Notes: a model not told the origin generated them from the sequence alone. A stretch of 63,611 nt of DNA from Candidatus Bathyarchaeia archaeon (GCA_038820405.1 JAWAXL010000002.1:1-63611); one strand, 5' to 3'. Shown: positions 9,861 to 19,448, counted from the first letter of the stretch. Translations and numbers: made by a program.

Positions 9861-10145
9861 CTATTCTCCATCAGCCAAATGGACTGTTACAAATCCTTCT
9901 TTATCTTTTGTGACCTTCACTCTTATCTTACGTGGGGGCTTCTGAATTCCCCTACTCCAAATCTTCTCATTAACATCATTTGATATCCTTATTGAGTCCT
10001 CTTCAATCTTCATATGTCTCTTTATAAAAGCTCTAAGGAGATATATAGCCCTTGGGGCTCTTTTTGTTCTAGATCTTATCCAAGCTTTTCCAAGTGGAAC
10101 TGTATAAATGCGCTCTTCCACAGCTTCTCCTTTCTCTGTACTCAT
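9861..10145 (-). CDS. rpl31e: 50S ribosomal protein L31e
   Basis: ERIYTVPLGKAW..RTKRAPRAIYLLRAFIKRHMK...NEKIWSRGIQKPPRKIRVKV. Confidence 0.92.
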   Translation of the reverse strand: MSTEKGEAVEERIYTVPLGKAWIRSRTKRAPRAIYLLRAFIKRHMKIEEDSIRISNDVNEKIWSRGIQKPPRKIRVKVTKDKEGFVTVHLADGE

Positions 10146-10155
10146 GCAATCACCT

Positions 10156-10308
10156 TTAAGGCTTTATTTTGGTTCTTCTCCAATGTCTCTTAGGTAACCT
10201 TCTAATTTTACGTAAAGTCTTTACTATAACCCACGATGGTATCGACCTATTCTCCTTCTCAGCACTTATTAACCTAAGCTTCTTGGCCAATGGTTTATAT
10301 CTTGCCAC
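10156..10308 (-). CDS. rpl39e: 50S ribosomal protein L39e (50 aa, GTG start; absent from the supplied ORF track)
   Basis: Hand translation of the minus strand gives (M)[49 protein letters not shown]. It lies exactly between the PDCD5-like gene and rpl31e, as in other archaea. Confidence 0.85.
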   Translation of the reverse strand: MARYKPLAKKLRLISAEKENRSIPSWVIVKTLRKIRRLPKRHWRRTKIKP

Positions 10309-10310
10309 AA

Positions 10311-10649
10311 TTAAATCCTCCTTATCTGAATATCCCTTTTACTGGATTGTACTCTCCTCAAAATCTCTTTTAATTGGTCGTCGTCTATGGGAATTTGGAG
10401 GAGCCCGCGCTCTACGAGTTGTATTAGTTGCGTCTCTAGTTGAGCGGCGAACTCGGGCTTAACCATCCTGAGGTTCGCTAATCTTTGTCTAGCCTCTGCG
10501 GTCAATATCCTTCTAAGTATGGCCTGCCTTTGCATTTCAGCCCTTTTTTGTGCCTCAATAGCCTCTTGTTCCTGAAGGAGCCTCTGCTGTAACTCCATAA
10601 GTTTTCGTCTTCTTATTTCCTCAAGTTCCATATCATCGCTTACGCTCAT
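10311..10649 (-). CDS. PDCD5/TFAR19-family DNA-binding protein
   Basis: [15 protein letters not shown]...[33 protein letters not shown] pattern. Conserved position next to rps19e. Confidence 0.85.
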   Translation of the reverse strand: MSVSDDMELEEIRRRKLMELQQRLLQEQEAIEAQKRAEMQRQAILRRILTAEARQRLANLRMVKPEFAAQLETQLIQLVERGLLQIPIDDDQLKEILRRVQSSKRDIQIRRI

Positions 10650-10664
10650 CAGTGCACACCCCTA

Positions 10665-11135
10665 TCAATATTTACTTAGCGCCGGAATAGCCTTTTCAAG
10701 ATCTTTCTTAATATCTGTTGATAGAGAATCCAGTAGCTTTCTCCCCTCTTGGGTCACTACTCTACCCTTACCCTTAATTGTTTGGATCAACCCAGCTTTC
10801 TCGAGCTGTTGAAGTGCCTTTCTAATTATTGCGCCACTTCCTTTCGCGGAGTGTTTTGGTCTAGAACCTCTATTCTTCCTACCACCGTATTCGGCTCTTA
10901 AGCGCTCTACGCCAATAGGCCCAAGAATATAGATCTTCCTGAGGAGGGAGGCACACCTAATGTACCACCAGTCTGGGTTCTGGGGTTCACGTTCAGCATG
11001 TGCTCCGGTTTTCACATAAGATGCCCATTTCAGCGGTTCTACAGCGTCAACATTATCCTTTAGATACTTGGCTAACTTCTCAATTAATATTAGTGCAGGC
11101 ACATCAAATGGCGTAGGCACTCTTATTCCCCTCAA
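10665..11135 (-). CDS. rps19e: 30S ribosomal protein S19e
   Basis: VPALILIEKLAKYLK...PDWWYIRCASLLRKIYILGPIGVERLRAEYGGRKNRGSRP.H...SGAIIRKALQQLEKAGL. Confidence 0.92.
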   Translation of the reverse strand: MRGIRVPTPFDVPALILIEKLAKYLKDNVDAVEPLKWASYVKTGAHAEREPQNPDWWYIRCASLLRKIYILGPIGVERLRAEYGGRKNRGSRPKHSAKGSGAIIRKALQQLEKAGLIQTIKGKGRVVTQEGRKLLDSLSTDIKKDLEKAIPALSKY

Positions 11136-11241
11136 TAATTCTCTTTCACTAATTTGAAATCTATCTTAAATACTTATTTACTATTCTCTCCAATACTAAT
11201 TTAAAGCCTATCCTTCATTCTAATTTACTAATTTTTTAGGC

Positions 11242-11484
11242 TTATAGAGCGTAGATGTGTCCTATTTCTAAATTATCTTTGAGCCGTTTTAGAGGCCGCT
11301 TCCTGCGCAATCTCTTCTGCGCTACTTTCTATTAAAGCTGATCTTAAGATCCTAACCTTAACTTTCTTTTTACCTCAAGTTGCTTTGATATTTCCTTTAT
11401 TTGCGCCTCATTAACTCCCTTCTTTCCTATTTTAATAGTCGCCTTTATACGTCCACCTCCCTTTCTGGCAGAGTCTTTTTTCAT
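11242..11484 (-). pseudogene. YhbY/CRM-domain RNA-binding protein gene interrupted by two frameshifts
   Basis: Frame 0 reads MKKDSARKGGGRIKATIKIGKKGVNEAQIKEISKQLEVK.. and stops at 11344. The expected continuation KKVKVRILRSALIESSAEEIAQEAASKTAQ is in another frame, and the tail KDNLEIGHIYAL* is back in frame 0. The first shift sits in an A5 run. The ATGA start overlaps the rnp4 stop. Confidence 0.6.
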
Positions 11485-11825
11485 TCGCCCCGCCTCCTTA
11501 ATGGCCTCCTCATATGTTTCCCACAATATAAACACGTAATGACTATATGTGGCTCCCTTCTATGCTGCAGGCGCACTCGTGAACTTACGCCAGGGAAAAT
11601 AAAACGCTTACAATGTCTGCATATGAGCACTTTCTTCTCCCTTGGTATGCGAACCCTAGTACGCATAGATATTTTCCTTGCAATTTCAATATATCTCTGA
11701 GATAAATCAGGCCTCTTGCTAAGCATCTTAATTGCAAGGTCGAATAAACGCTCAATTCGGCTTAAAGCTATCTCCTTAATTTTTGCTTTGCTTGTCAAAC
11801 TATTACCCCAGGTTATCCCCTTCAA
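11481..11825 (-). CDS. rnp4: RNase P protein component 4 (Rpp21 family)
   Basis: IALSRIERLFDLA... followed by zinc ribbon CRHCKRFIFPG...ITCLYCGKHMRRP. Confidence 0.88.
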   Translation of the reverse strand: MKGITWGNSLTSKAKIKEIALSRIERLFDLAIKMLSKRPDLSQRYIEIARKISMRTRVRIPREKKVLICRHCKRFIFPGVSSRVRLQHRREPHIVITCLYCGKHMRRPLRRRGE

Positions 11826-12078
11826 GAAGCTTATAGATATTTTTAAGGGCTATAATCCAGCTTAAATAGGAGTTTATGGAAGCTCTTAGGGCAGTTGTAT
11901 CCTTTGCCTCAAAAGTTAATATAAGATATTCATCATTTCTTAGAACATTAACTTTAGTCCGGTACCTTAATACAACTCTGGTTTCAGGTTGAATTGCCTT
12001 ATAGGTAACCTCAGCCTCTTTCTTACAAGGATACCTTATGTGTATGGTAGCATGTGCTCCTCTGATCATACATCCCAC
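11803..12078 (-). CDS. pcc1: KEOPS complex subunit Pcc1
   Basis: LILTFEAKDTTALRASINSYLSWIIALKNIYKLLE matches the Pcc1/CTAG hallmark (A.D..ALRA..NSYLRWI). Confidence 0.8.
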   Translation of the reverse strand: MGCMIRGAHATIHIRYPCKKEAEVTYKAIQPETRVVLRYRTKVNVLRNDEYLILTFEAKDTTALRASINSYLSWIIALKNIYKLLEGDNLG

Positions 12079-12623
12079 ACAACATGTAATATTCTAATGC
12101 GAGGGCCAATCTCTATCCTACTTGGCAGGCGAAAGAATGATAGAGTTGCCCATGAGTCCTTACCAGCGCTTATAACCATATATGCATCATATCCCAGAGC
12201 TTCAGATCCCCTTTCAAGTATTGGTATTTCAAAGAATTCTGAAAGAGCTCTCCTAAACTCCTCTATTTCCAATTTTTCTCCATCATCCCTATCTATAAAT
12301 AAGAGCTTGATTTTATTTTTGATCCATTCTGGCGGTATATTAAATTCTCTCCGCAGCTTCACCCCAGAGGTATATAGGCGAGGTGGGCACTCTTTAAACC
12401 CCTCATCAGTTATCCTAAAAAGCCTTATCCTTCCGGGCCCACCTCTCCACCTATCAACCACAATAAACTTATCAGAATCCATTTGAACAGCCTTTTCTGC
12501 AACCTCAATCAAACCCATTTTTCCACGGTTAACTTTAATAAGCCCTGGTATTGAGCGAGCTAAATCATTACATAAACTTCTAACCCTTCTTGTGGGTCTA
12601 TGAGAAGTTGTTATTAGTATCAT
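12066..12623 (-). CDS. Brix-domain (Imp4 superfamily) ribosome biogenesis protein
   Basis: N-terminus MILITTSHRPTRRVRSLCNDLARSIPG is typical of archaeal Brix proteins. Conserved position in the exosome superoperon. Confidence 0.8.
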   Translation of the reverse strand: MILITTSHRPTRRVRSLCNDLARSIPGLIKVNRGKMGLIEVAEKAVQMDSDKFIVVDRWRGGPGRIRLFRITDEGFKECPPRLYTSGVKLRREFNIPPEWIKNKIKLLFIDRDDGEKLEIEEFRRALSEFFEIPILERGSEALGYDAYMVISAGKDSWATLSFFRLPSRIEIGPRIRILHVVWDV

Positions 12624-12642
12624 TAGAGATACGGAAACCTTT

Positions 12643-12894
12643 TTAAGTACTTCTTGCGGTTTGTTCAGCCGTCACACCAATCTTTGTTATAGGAATATAT
12701 GCGCCGCCAGCGAACCTAAGTCCACATTTTTTACATACCCATATGCCAACGCTCTCCCTCTGTACAGTTCTAAACCCGCATTGCGGGCAAGTGTGTCTCT
12801 TCTTTTCTTCAGTAACTATACTAACCCAGCGTTTCCTAACAGATACTCCATACTTTGCACCAAATCCCCTAGCTGGACTAACCTTCTTAACCAA
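12643..12894 (-). CDS. rpl37ae: 50S ribosomal protein L37Ae (eL43)
   Basis: GAKYGVSVRKRW...HTCPQCGFRTVQRESVGIWVCKKCGLRFAGGAY zinc ribbon. Confidence 0.93.
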   Translation of the reverse strand: MVKKVSPARGFGAKYGVSVRKRWVSIVTEEKKRHTCPQCGFRTVQRESVGIWVCKKCGLRFAGGAYIPITKIGVTAEQTARST

Positions 12895-13690
12895 GATTTC
12901 CCACCACTAGCTTTCTTAGTTCTCTAGCTCTCTCCCTAGCTATATCAACTGTCTCTAAAATCTGTTGTGGTGTCAAGGCTCCCTGCCCACCCTTTTGTAT
13001 GGCGCATATTTTATCGTCCTTGTCAATAGTTATTGTTAGCCGTGCACTCATAACCTCCTCTTCCTCAAGCCATGGATCGACTATCATTTTATCGCCTACA
13101 TTCGCAAATGTTACTGCAACTGGATAATTCCTTATCGGTAAGAGCATATACTCTGAAGTCTTCTTAACCTCATTGTTTTCAACTATGTAAACTGGTATCT
13201 TAGCACCTATTAGGGATGCTAATGATGCTAATGCAGAGGCATCTATTAGGTTGCCATCATGATTTAGGATATATATGTCTATAAATATGACGTAGACTTT
13301 CTTTCCAGGAATCAAGCAGAGTTTTTCTAGTTCAATCGTCTGCGACTCACGTATCCCCCTATCAACAATTCTAGCAAGCTCGATGGCATCCTCATTCGGC
13401 GGCCCGGGCTCAAATTCCGGGGAGGCTAATGGCACAAACTCCGAGTTAACTGTGAAAGAGCCCTCATTGGGTCTATCGGGAAATGGTTCTCCAATCTCAA
13501 CTTTTACTCCAGTAATAACCTCTGTCTTTCCAAGCAGGACTCTCGCTGAGCCCTCAGCCCGCTCGATCATCCCTTTTTCTATTTTTATTGGACGATACTC
13601 TGTGAGCCCTCTGCCGTCGAGTCTCTTTCCTGAGGCTATCATCTGATATATTTGTCTCTGCCTTATTCGGGATGCGATGATTGAAGACAT
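12887..13690 (-). CDS. rrp42: Exosome complex component Rrp42 (RNase PH-like, non-catalytic)
   Basis: [36 protein letters not shown]; RNase PH fold, downstream of rrp41. Confidence 0.9.
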   Translation of the reverse strand: MSSIIASRIRQRQIYQMIASGKRLDGRGLTEYRPIKIEKGMIERAEGSARVLLGKTEVITGVKVEIGEPFPDRPNEGSFTVNSEFVPLASPEFEPGPPNEDAIELARIVDRGIRESQTIELEKLCLIPGKKVYVIFIDIYILNHDGNLIDASALASLASLIGAKIPVYIVENNEVKKTSEYMLLPIRNYPVAVTFANVGDKMIVDPWLEEEEVMSARLTITIDKDDKICAIQKGGQGALTPQQILETVDIARERARELRKLVVGNLG

Positions 13691-14379
13691 GACTCAACCT
13701 CCTCCTTTATAGTCACGTACTTAGCTTTTAAGGCCTCCTTCTGCAGTTTATATATCTGCTTACACCCCTCCAACGCGAGGTTAAGAGCCTGCTTAAATTC
13801 CTCAACGGTTAAGCTTCCATCCATCTGTAAAAGTGATATTAAGCCTAGGTTAGGCATATATGCTACTGGCATGTCACTCTCGCCCTCCTTATCTTCCATG
13901 TCATTTAGGTCTAGGACAAGAACTCCATCAACTTTACCAACCGAGCATGCAACTACGAGATCCCTCATAGGTATTCCAGCATCAGCCAATGCAAGTGCCG
14001 CAGCCGTTGTGCCAGCACACCTAGTTCCACCATCAGCCTGCAAAACCTCGATGAACACGTCTATGGCGGTTCTAGGAAATTTCTCCAAGAAGACCGCTGG
14101 TTCAAGAGCCTCCCTTATAACCTTAGAGAGTTCTATTTCACGTCTTGTTGGAGCCGGGGGCTTTCGTTCCTCAACCGAGAATGGCGCCATATGATATCTA
14201 CATCTTAGAATGGCCCTATCTGGGAGCGCTAGGTGTCGTGGATGAAGCTCCCTTGGACCATAAACCGCCACCAAGATCTTATTCTTTCCCTGTTCAATAT
14301 AGGCTGATCCATCAGCGTTACTTAATACGCCGACTTCCATCTTTATTGGTCTAAGCTCATTTGGTCTTCGTCCATCCAC
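13663..14379 (-). CDS. rrp41: Exosome complex exonuclease Rrp41 (RNase PH-like)
   Basis: [48 protein letters not shown]...[22 protein letters not shown]. The conserved N-terminal residues [12 protein letters not shown] are encoded in-frame upstream of the called GTG but have no start codon (see finding). Confidence 0.9.
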   Translation of the reverse strand: MDGRRPNELRPIKMEVGVLSNADGSAYIEQGKNKILVAVYGPRELHPRHLALPDRAILRCRYHMAPFSVEERKPPAPTRREIELSKVIREALEPAVFLEKFPRTAIDVFIEVLQADGGTRCAGTTAAALALADAGIPMRDLVVACSVGKVDGVLVLDLNDMEDKEGESDMPVAYMPNLGLISLLQMDGSLTVEEFKQALNLALEGCKQIYKLQKEALKAKYVTIKEEVESCLQSSHPE

Positions 14380-14417
14380 TCTTAAGCCATTCTCATTAAT
14401 AAGTCTAATTTTTTCAC

Positions 14418-15110
14418 CTATGCTTTAACCCCCTTCTCCCTTCTAATCATCTCAACTATTCTATCAGTTAGCCCGGAAGTATGCGCCTCCTGGCATATCT
14501 TCTCAATTGCTAATATGGCAAGTTTCTCGTGTTCCGGCGTAGGTCCGGAAATCAATATTATCCCATTCTGTCCAACAGTTATCTTACACTCGGTTTCTCT
14601 CTTAAGAAGATTTATCATTGAAGCCCTTCTACCAATTATTCTTGGTATTTTTGCCGGGGACGTTCTTAATATTTGTCCATGAGCTATTTTTCCAAGACCA
14701 GGCTCGCGTATTGTGAGTAGCGGATCCATAGTTCTATCGAATGCTATGACCTTCGCTAAAATTAGATCCCCCGCATCTAAGAAACTTGTTAAATCATCTT
14801 TTTGTTGCCTGAAAGGCTTATTTATAGCATCTATAACCCTTAGGAGGGCCTTATAGGGGGAATTTATATCAACTGTCCATCCATTAACGCTTACATCTTC
14901 TATTCTTCCGATGACCTGATCTCCAGGAGATGGGATATAGACCGAGTTTAAAGCAATAACATGGACTGTTTTACCCTGATACTCAACGAGCCCTAATCTA
15001 CTTGCATAAATCTTATTGCTAATTTTATGGACGTTATTTCCAGCTATATAATCACCATCAGCCAATAATTCCCCGGGAGTTACAATCTGCCTATTTTCAA
15101 AGTAGAGCAT
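14418..15110 (-). CDS. rrp4: Exosome complex RNA-binding protein Rrp4 (S1 + KH)
   Basis: S1 segment [29 protein letters not shown] and KH segment [17 protein letters not shown]. Confidence 0.9.
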   Translation of the reverse strand: MLYFENRQIVTPGELLADGDYIAGNNVHKISNKIYASRLGLVEYQGKTVHVIALNSVYIPSPGDQVIGRIEDVSVNGWTVDINSPYKALLRVIDAINKPFRQQKDDLTSFLDAGDLILAKVIAFDRTMDPLLTIREPGLGKIAHGQILRTSPAKIPRIIGRRASMINLLKRETECKITVGQNGIILISGPTPEHEKLAILAIEKICQEAHTSGLTDRIVEMIRREKGVKA

Positions 15111-15170
15111 GGTGAAGGACCTCCAGGACGCCTTTTGTATCCTTTATTTTATTCCTTTCCTTAAGATATT

Positions 15171-15860
15171 CTATTTTAGGATCTTAGCTTCGATGCTTCC
15201 ACGGGTCATTTCACCCATTTTTTCTAGGAAGGAACCATAAAGTCCCGCTGGCATCTCCAAAACTACTGATAATGATCCATCAGTTAACCAATTTTCACTC
15301 TTTATTGTGCCGAAAGGCTTAAGTGTTTTATAGACTTTACCCGCATATTCTGGTGGTATTTTAACAGCAACGGAGACCTTCTCAACACTTATTGGTAAGA
15401 TTGTCCGAATAGCTTTGATGGCCTCATTAGCTTGCTCCTCCACACCCTTAAATGGATCTACTGAGAAGCCAGCTTGCTCAAGAGCCTGCTCTATGCGTGT
15501 TGGTGGATGCGGAAGCTTGGTTCTCGGATTAACGGCATTTCGTGATATAAAGTCAATTATTTGCTTACGCTTCTCTTCGGTTAACTGCCTTCTCTGTTGG
15601 GCCGTCAGCTGCAATACTCCCTTCTTGAGTATGATCTTCGCTATCTCTATGGGATCAGTTGTTCCAAAAGCCTCCTTAAGCTTCTTCTCAGGAACTCTTA
15701 AACCTTTATTTGCATCAATAAATATTTCATCAATTACCAATACATCGGATATTGAAATAGACTTACTGCTACGAAAGGCAAACGCTGGATCTGGTTTCAC
15801 AAGTATCTCGAAGTTTTCTCCACCTATATTTATGCGTGCAATAGTATAGTTTCGGTTCAT
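15171..15860 (-). CDS. sdo1: SBDS-family ribosome maturation protein
   Basis: ARINIGGENFEILVKPD...; 229 aa; conserved position between psmA and rrp4. Confidence 0.85.
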   Translation of the reverse strand: MNRNYTIARINIGGENFEILVKPDPAFAFRSSKSISISDVLVIDEIFIDANKGLRVPEKKLKEAFGTTDPIEIAKIILKKGVLQLTAQQRRQLTEEKRKQIIDFISRNAVNPRTKLPHPPTRIEQALEQAGFSVDPFKGVEEQANEAIKAIRTILPISVEKVSVAVKIPPEYAGKVYKTLKPFGTIKSENWLTDGSLSVVLEMPAGLYGSFLEKMGEMTRGSIEAKILK

Positions 15861-16594
15861 TGCCCCTCGCTACCCATTGCTTCCTTCATATATTTCTCTA
15901 CTTCCTCATCTGTTAGGAGCCTAAACTTCCTTGTCAATATTGGCACAATAGCTATTCTAATTCTAGGCTGCTCCCCTCTAGCTTGCATAGACTTGACTAA
16001 ACATTTAACGCTCAGTTTTATGGCTTCTTCAAGGCTCATGTTATCGCGGTATTCGTCCCTAAGCATGCTCTCAGCAGTCTCGCGTCCTATTCCTATGGCA
16101 ATAGCCTTGTAGGCCCTATATGTCCCGCTGGGATCCGTCGTGAATAGCTGACAACCACCTTTATCCACACCAGCAAAAATTATTGAAACGCCGAAGGGTC
16201 TAACACCACCATGCTGTGTATACATTTGCTTTATGTCACCTATTCTCTTGGCAATCATCTCTATATCCACTGGCTCATCATACATTAGCCTAACTGTCTG
16301 AGCAAATACTCTAGCCTCGTCGATTAATACGCGGGCATCTGAACTCAGCCCAACTACGGCGGCTCCAACATGCTCGTCAACCTCATATATTTTTTGGGTG
16401 AACCTTGGGTTCTGTAGCCTCGACTCAATCTTCTCCTCAGCTCCTATTACAACTCCCTCTGGACATAGTATTCCAATTACTGTAGAACCTCTATAGACCG
16501 TTTCTAAAGCATATTCTACTTGAAAAAGACGCCCATCTGGAGAAAATACAGTAATAGCTCTATCATACGCTCCTGGAACGGCGAATACGGACAC
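15857..16594 (-). CDS. psmA: Proteasome alpha subunit
   Basis: YDRAITVFSPDGRLFQVEYA signature plus an Ntn-fold body. Confidence 0.95.
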   Translation of the reverse strand: MSVFAVPGAYDRAITVFSPDGRLFQVEYALETVYRGSTVIGILCPEGVVIGAEEKIESRLQNPRFTQKIYEVDEHVGAAVVGLSSDARVLIDEARVFAQTVRLMYDEPVDIEMIAKRIGDIKQMYTQHGGVRPFGVSIIFAGVDKGGCQLFTTDPSGTYRAYKAIAIGIGRETAESMLRDEYRDNMSLEEAIKLSVKCLVKSMQARGEQPRIRIAIVPILTRKFRLLTDEEVEKYMKEAMGSEGQ

Positions 16595-16680
16595 TTCTAT
16601 AACCCTCTCCCTTAACTTTCTATATTCCTTTCCCTTTGAGAATAGGGAGACAGACTAAAAAATCTTTCGTAATAGCTCCA

Positions 16681-16941
16681 TTATATACTTTTACCTTTTA
16701 CAGCTCCGATAGCTTTTTCCGCTGTAGCTATACAGTTTAAGAAGTCATCTATAGTTGACAAGAAGGACGCCAGGTTTTCCCCATGATATCTCATTATCGT
16801 AATGATCTTTTTGTCTAATGATCGTGTATTTACAGTTAATCTTGCTGGACACGTGATGTTATCTGGTGAGACGCCATTTGAGATTGCCAACGCCTCTTCT
16901 GCGCTATCATATACTAAGGTTATTTCAGCATCAGCCTCCAT
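16681..16941 (-). CDS. Pcc1-family paralog (possible Pcc2-type KEOPS subunit)
   Basis: AEITLVYDSAEEALAISNGVSPDN...KKIITIMRYHGENLASFLSTIDDFLNCIATAEKAI has the same beta-beta-beta-alpha layout and C-terminal helix pattern as Pcc1, but is divergent. Confidence 0.45.
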   Translation of the reverse strand: MEADAEITLVYDSAEEALAISNGVSPDNITCPARLTVNTRSLDKKIITIMRYHGENLASFLSTIDDFLNCIATAEKAIGAVKGKSI

Positions 16942-18391
16942 TCTTCTTCCCCATTAAACATTCTTTTACAAGCAAATTAACATATTTTAGAAACTGCATC
17001 TTCTGTTCATATGGTATTTGCGCCCCAGCCGCAATATCATGACCGCCACCTATACCAGAGCATTTTTCGGCAGCAATCCGTATTATTTCTCCGAGATTTA
17101 TTCCCATTTTAACAAGCGAATCTGTTGCTCGCGCAGATATTTTAGTAGCTTTTTCTTTCGCCATGTATGAATAAGCTATTATAGGTTTATTCGGATTGGG
17201 TAAATTTGTTGATATAATCGTAGATATTGTGCTTATTGTCTTTTCATCTACATCCTTTTCTCCATGCAAGACATAAACGTATTCCCATTCCTCAATACGA
17301 TCTGGATTTTCGTTGAGCCAGGCAAGATACCTGCTGACCATCTGTCTATACTCGTCTAGTATTCTTAAAGATTCGTTATAGGCTTTCTTTCTATCCCCCA
17401 TGCACACTGCCACGCCAAGGCTTGGCATACCCATCCTTCCAGTTGCATTCAGGAGAAGAGCAAACTCTCTGGCGTCTCTAAGGGGAGTCCATGGTTCTTC
17501 TCTTATAATGGTGTAAACCGTACCAATCAGACTCATTGCGATATCGCTCTTAAATCCCTTCGAGATCAAGTAGTCATGTAACGCTGAAAAAAGCTTACGT
17601 TTCTCTTCTTGAGATAAATCCCTTAAAGCACGCCACCTCTCATTCTTCTTAAGCTCGATATTGAGACTACTCAAAAAAGCTAGGCATTTATCCTCCTCAC
17701 CACTTATTCCAGGAATATATGGGTTTGTGAGATAGGATAGCGCCTTATGTATAGGCCGAGTCTCTCTACCAAAGAGAAGCAGATCTTTTTCAACGCTTAA
17801 AAATCCAGCCTCGATAGAGTCCTTAACAATAATGTCGTTAAGTCCACCAAGTCTTTTCTCCTCATATTTATCCTGTAAGTCACCTAAAGCTCCTACAACA
17901 GCCAAGTACGCTAAATCAACGTTATTTTTATCCATGGACTTAGCCACAAGATACGAGATCCCAGCCGAGCTTATACTTTTGGCACCATCTACCCCAAAGA
18001 GATGTGGATTAACATGAAAGAAGTTTTCTCTTGGTCTCCCAATTGGCTGATGATGATCAAGTATCACTATACACTTTTTCTCAAGCTTAGCGCCTAATAT
18101 ATCAAGGTACCCGCTTCCCATATCAATAAAGATGGGTAATACATTTTCTTCAGCGTATAGAGAGACTTCCTCAGCAACTCTCTCCTCCATCCACCTCTCT
18201 ATCCTAACGGAGAAAATTGCTCCAGCCCTCAAGAGAGCCTTAGCCAGTATTCCTGCGGCAGATATACCATCAGCATCCAGATGCGAAATTAATAATATCC
18301 TCTTTCCTTTAGCGATGTTATTTAGAATTTCATCTGAAGCCCTATTTGTTTCCTCTACAAACTCGCTTGCTCGATCCCTATCCCCCATCAT
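16931..18391 (-). CDS. recJ: RecJ/Cdc45-like DHH-family nuclease (GAN-type)
   Basis: DHH motifs LISHLDADGISAAG, DMGSG, LDHH and a C-terminal GGGHDIAAGAQ. Conserved adjacency to rps15. Confidence 0.8.
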   Translation of the reverse strand: MMGDRDRASEFVEETNRASDEILNNIAKGKRILLISHLDADGISAAGILAKALLRAGAIFSVRIERWMEERVAEEVSLYAEENVLPIFIDMGSGYLDILGAKLEKKCIVILDHHQPIGRPRENFFHVNPHLFGVDGAKSISSAGISYLVAKSMDKNNVDLAYLAVVGALGDLQDKYEEKRLGGLNDIIVKDSIEAGFLSVEKDLLLFGRETRPIHKALSYLTNPYIPGISGEEDKCLAFLSSLNIELKKNERWRALRDLSQEEKRKLFSALHDYLISKGFKSDIAMSLIGTVYTIIREEPWTPLRDAREFALLLNATGRMGMPSLGVAVCMGDRKKAYNESLRILDEYRQMVSRYLAWLNENPDRIEEWEYVYVLHGEKDVDEKTISTISTIISTNLPNPNKPIIAYSYMAKEKATKISARATDSLVKMGINLGEIIRIAAEKCSGIGGGHDIAAGAQIPYEQKMQFLKYVNLLVKECLMGKKNGG

Positions 18392-18400
18392 AAACCCCGT

Positions 18401-18841
18401 TTAACCTATAGAAGAAACTAGCGTCTTATATTCCCAGTTTGGCGGTAAAATACCTTTTTCTTTATAATATTCGGTTAAGCGATGTATCCTAGACTCCACA
18501 AGCTGTAGAGCCCTCTTGTTATGCGTGTCCTTTCTGTGCTTATGTAAGTGCGCTACTATTTTTATAGCCTTTTTAATGAGATTATCTAGGTCTTCCGGTA
18601 TCCTAGGCGCTAAATTATTCTCTCTCAATATCTTGAGTATTCCTTTACCAACTATTGGTTTAACAAGCGGAATACCATATTGATCCCGTAATATAACGCC
18701 TATCTTGCTCGATGGATTACCCTCCCTAGCAAGTTTAACAATTAGGGCTATAACCTCCTCAGGTGTATACTTACACCAGCTCGGCACCCTCTTCCCGACG
18801 GGTCTAGTTGAATGAGAGCGTCCCTTCTCCTTCTTAGGCAC
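18401..18841 (-). CDS. rps15: 30S ribosomal protein S15 (uS15/S13e)
   Basis: VPSWCKYTPEEV..LIVKLAREGNPSSKIGVILRDQYGIP...HLHKHRKDTHNKRALQLVESRIHRL. Confidence 0.93.
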   Translation of the reverse strand: MPKKEKGRSHSTRPVGKRVPSWCKYTPEEVIALIVKLAREGNPSSKIGVILRDQYGIPLVKPIVGKGILKILRENNLAPRIPEDLDNLIKKAIKIVAHLHKHRKDTHNKRALQLVESRIHRLTEYYKEKGILPPNWEYKTLVSSIG

Positions 18842-18944
18842 TACGGATCCTCCAGCAAGTTTCTAAAAATCAGAGAATGCAAATATATTTAAAAGCTTTA
18901 CTTTTTATGTAGAGGGCTACATTTCTAATTAGAGTTGGTCAATA

Positions 18945-19448
18945 ATGTGGGATAAAATAATAAGCTATTTAGGTAGTTATCCTGAAAGGCTTAATGTTGC
19001 AAAAGTGTTAATTAAGTATGGTTTAAGTGTAAGGAATGGAAAAATCTATTGTGGTGACATAATTATACCGGTAGTTAGGATAAGTAAGGTTGCTAATGTT
19101 GATAGAAGGACGGTTATCCAAACCATAAAAATGATTGAAAGTAACCCGGAATTAAAGATTATCTTCAGTAATATAAGCCCAGCGGGTTCCTCACTTCGTG
19201 AGGTGGCAAAATATTTGAACTTTGGAGTTATCGAGATTGCCCCAACGGACGCTAGGATGCCAGGTATATTGGCTGCGGCAGCCTCTATAATAGCCCAGAA
19301 GAATATAAGTATAAGGCAGGCGATAGTTGATGATCCTGAGTTAACACCAGAGCCGAAATTAACGCTAATAACTGAAACAAAAGTTCCAGGCGAGATAATA
19401 CTTGATCTCCTCAAAATAAGGGGAGTTCAAAAGGTTTCAGTTTATTAG
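18945..19448 (+). CDS. Predicted regulator with C-terminal ACT domain (COG2150-like)
   Basis: N-terminal wHTH-like segment (RISKVANVDRRTVIQTIKMIE) plus a C-terminal ACT-like fold (GVIEIAPTDARMPGILAAAASIIAQKNISIRQAIV). Confidence 0.6.
   Translation: MWDKIISYLGSYPERLNVAKVLIKYGLSVRNGKIYCGDIIIPVVRISKVANVDRRTVIQTIKMIESNPELKIIFSNISPAGSSLREVAKYLNFGVIEIAPTDARMPGILAAAASIIAQKNISIRQAIVDDPELTPEPKLTLITETKVPGEIILDLLKIRGVQKVSVY

Noticed and set aside
10169-10462. 97-aa plus-strand ORF
   Set aside because: It lies antisense to rpl39e and to the 3' end of the PDCD5-like gene, both of which have clear protein signatures.
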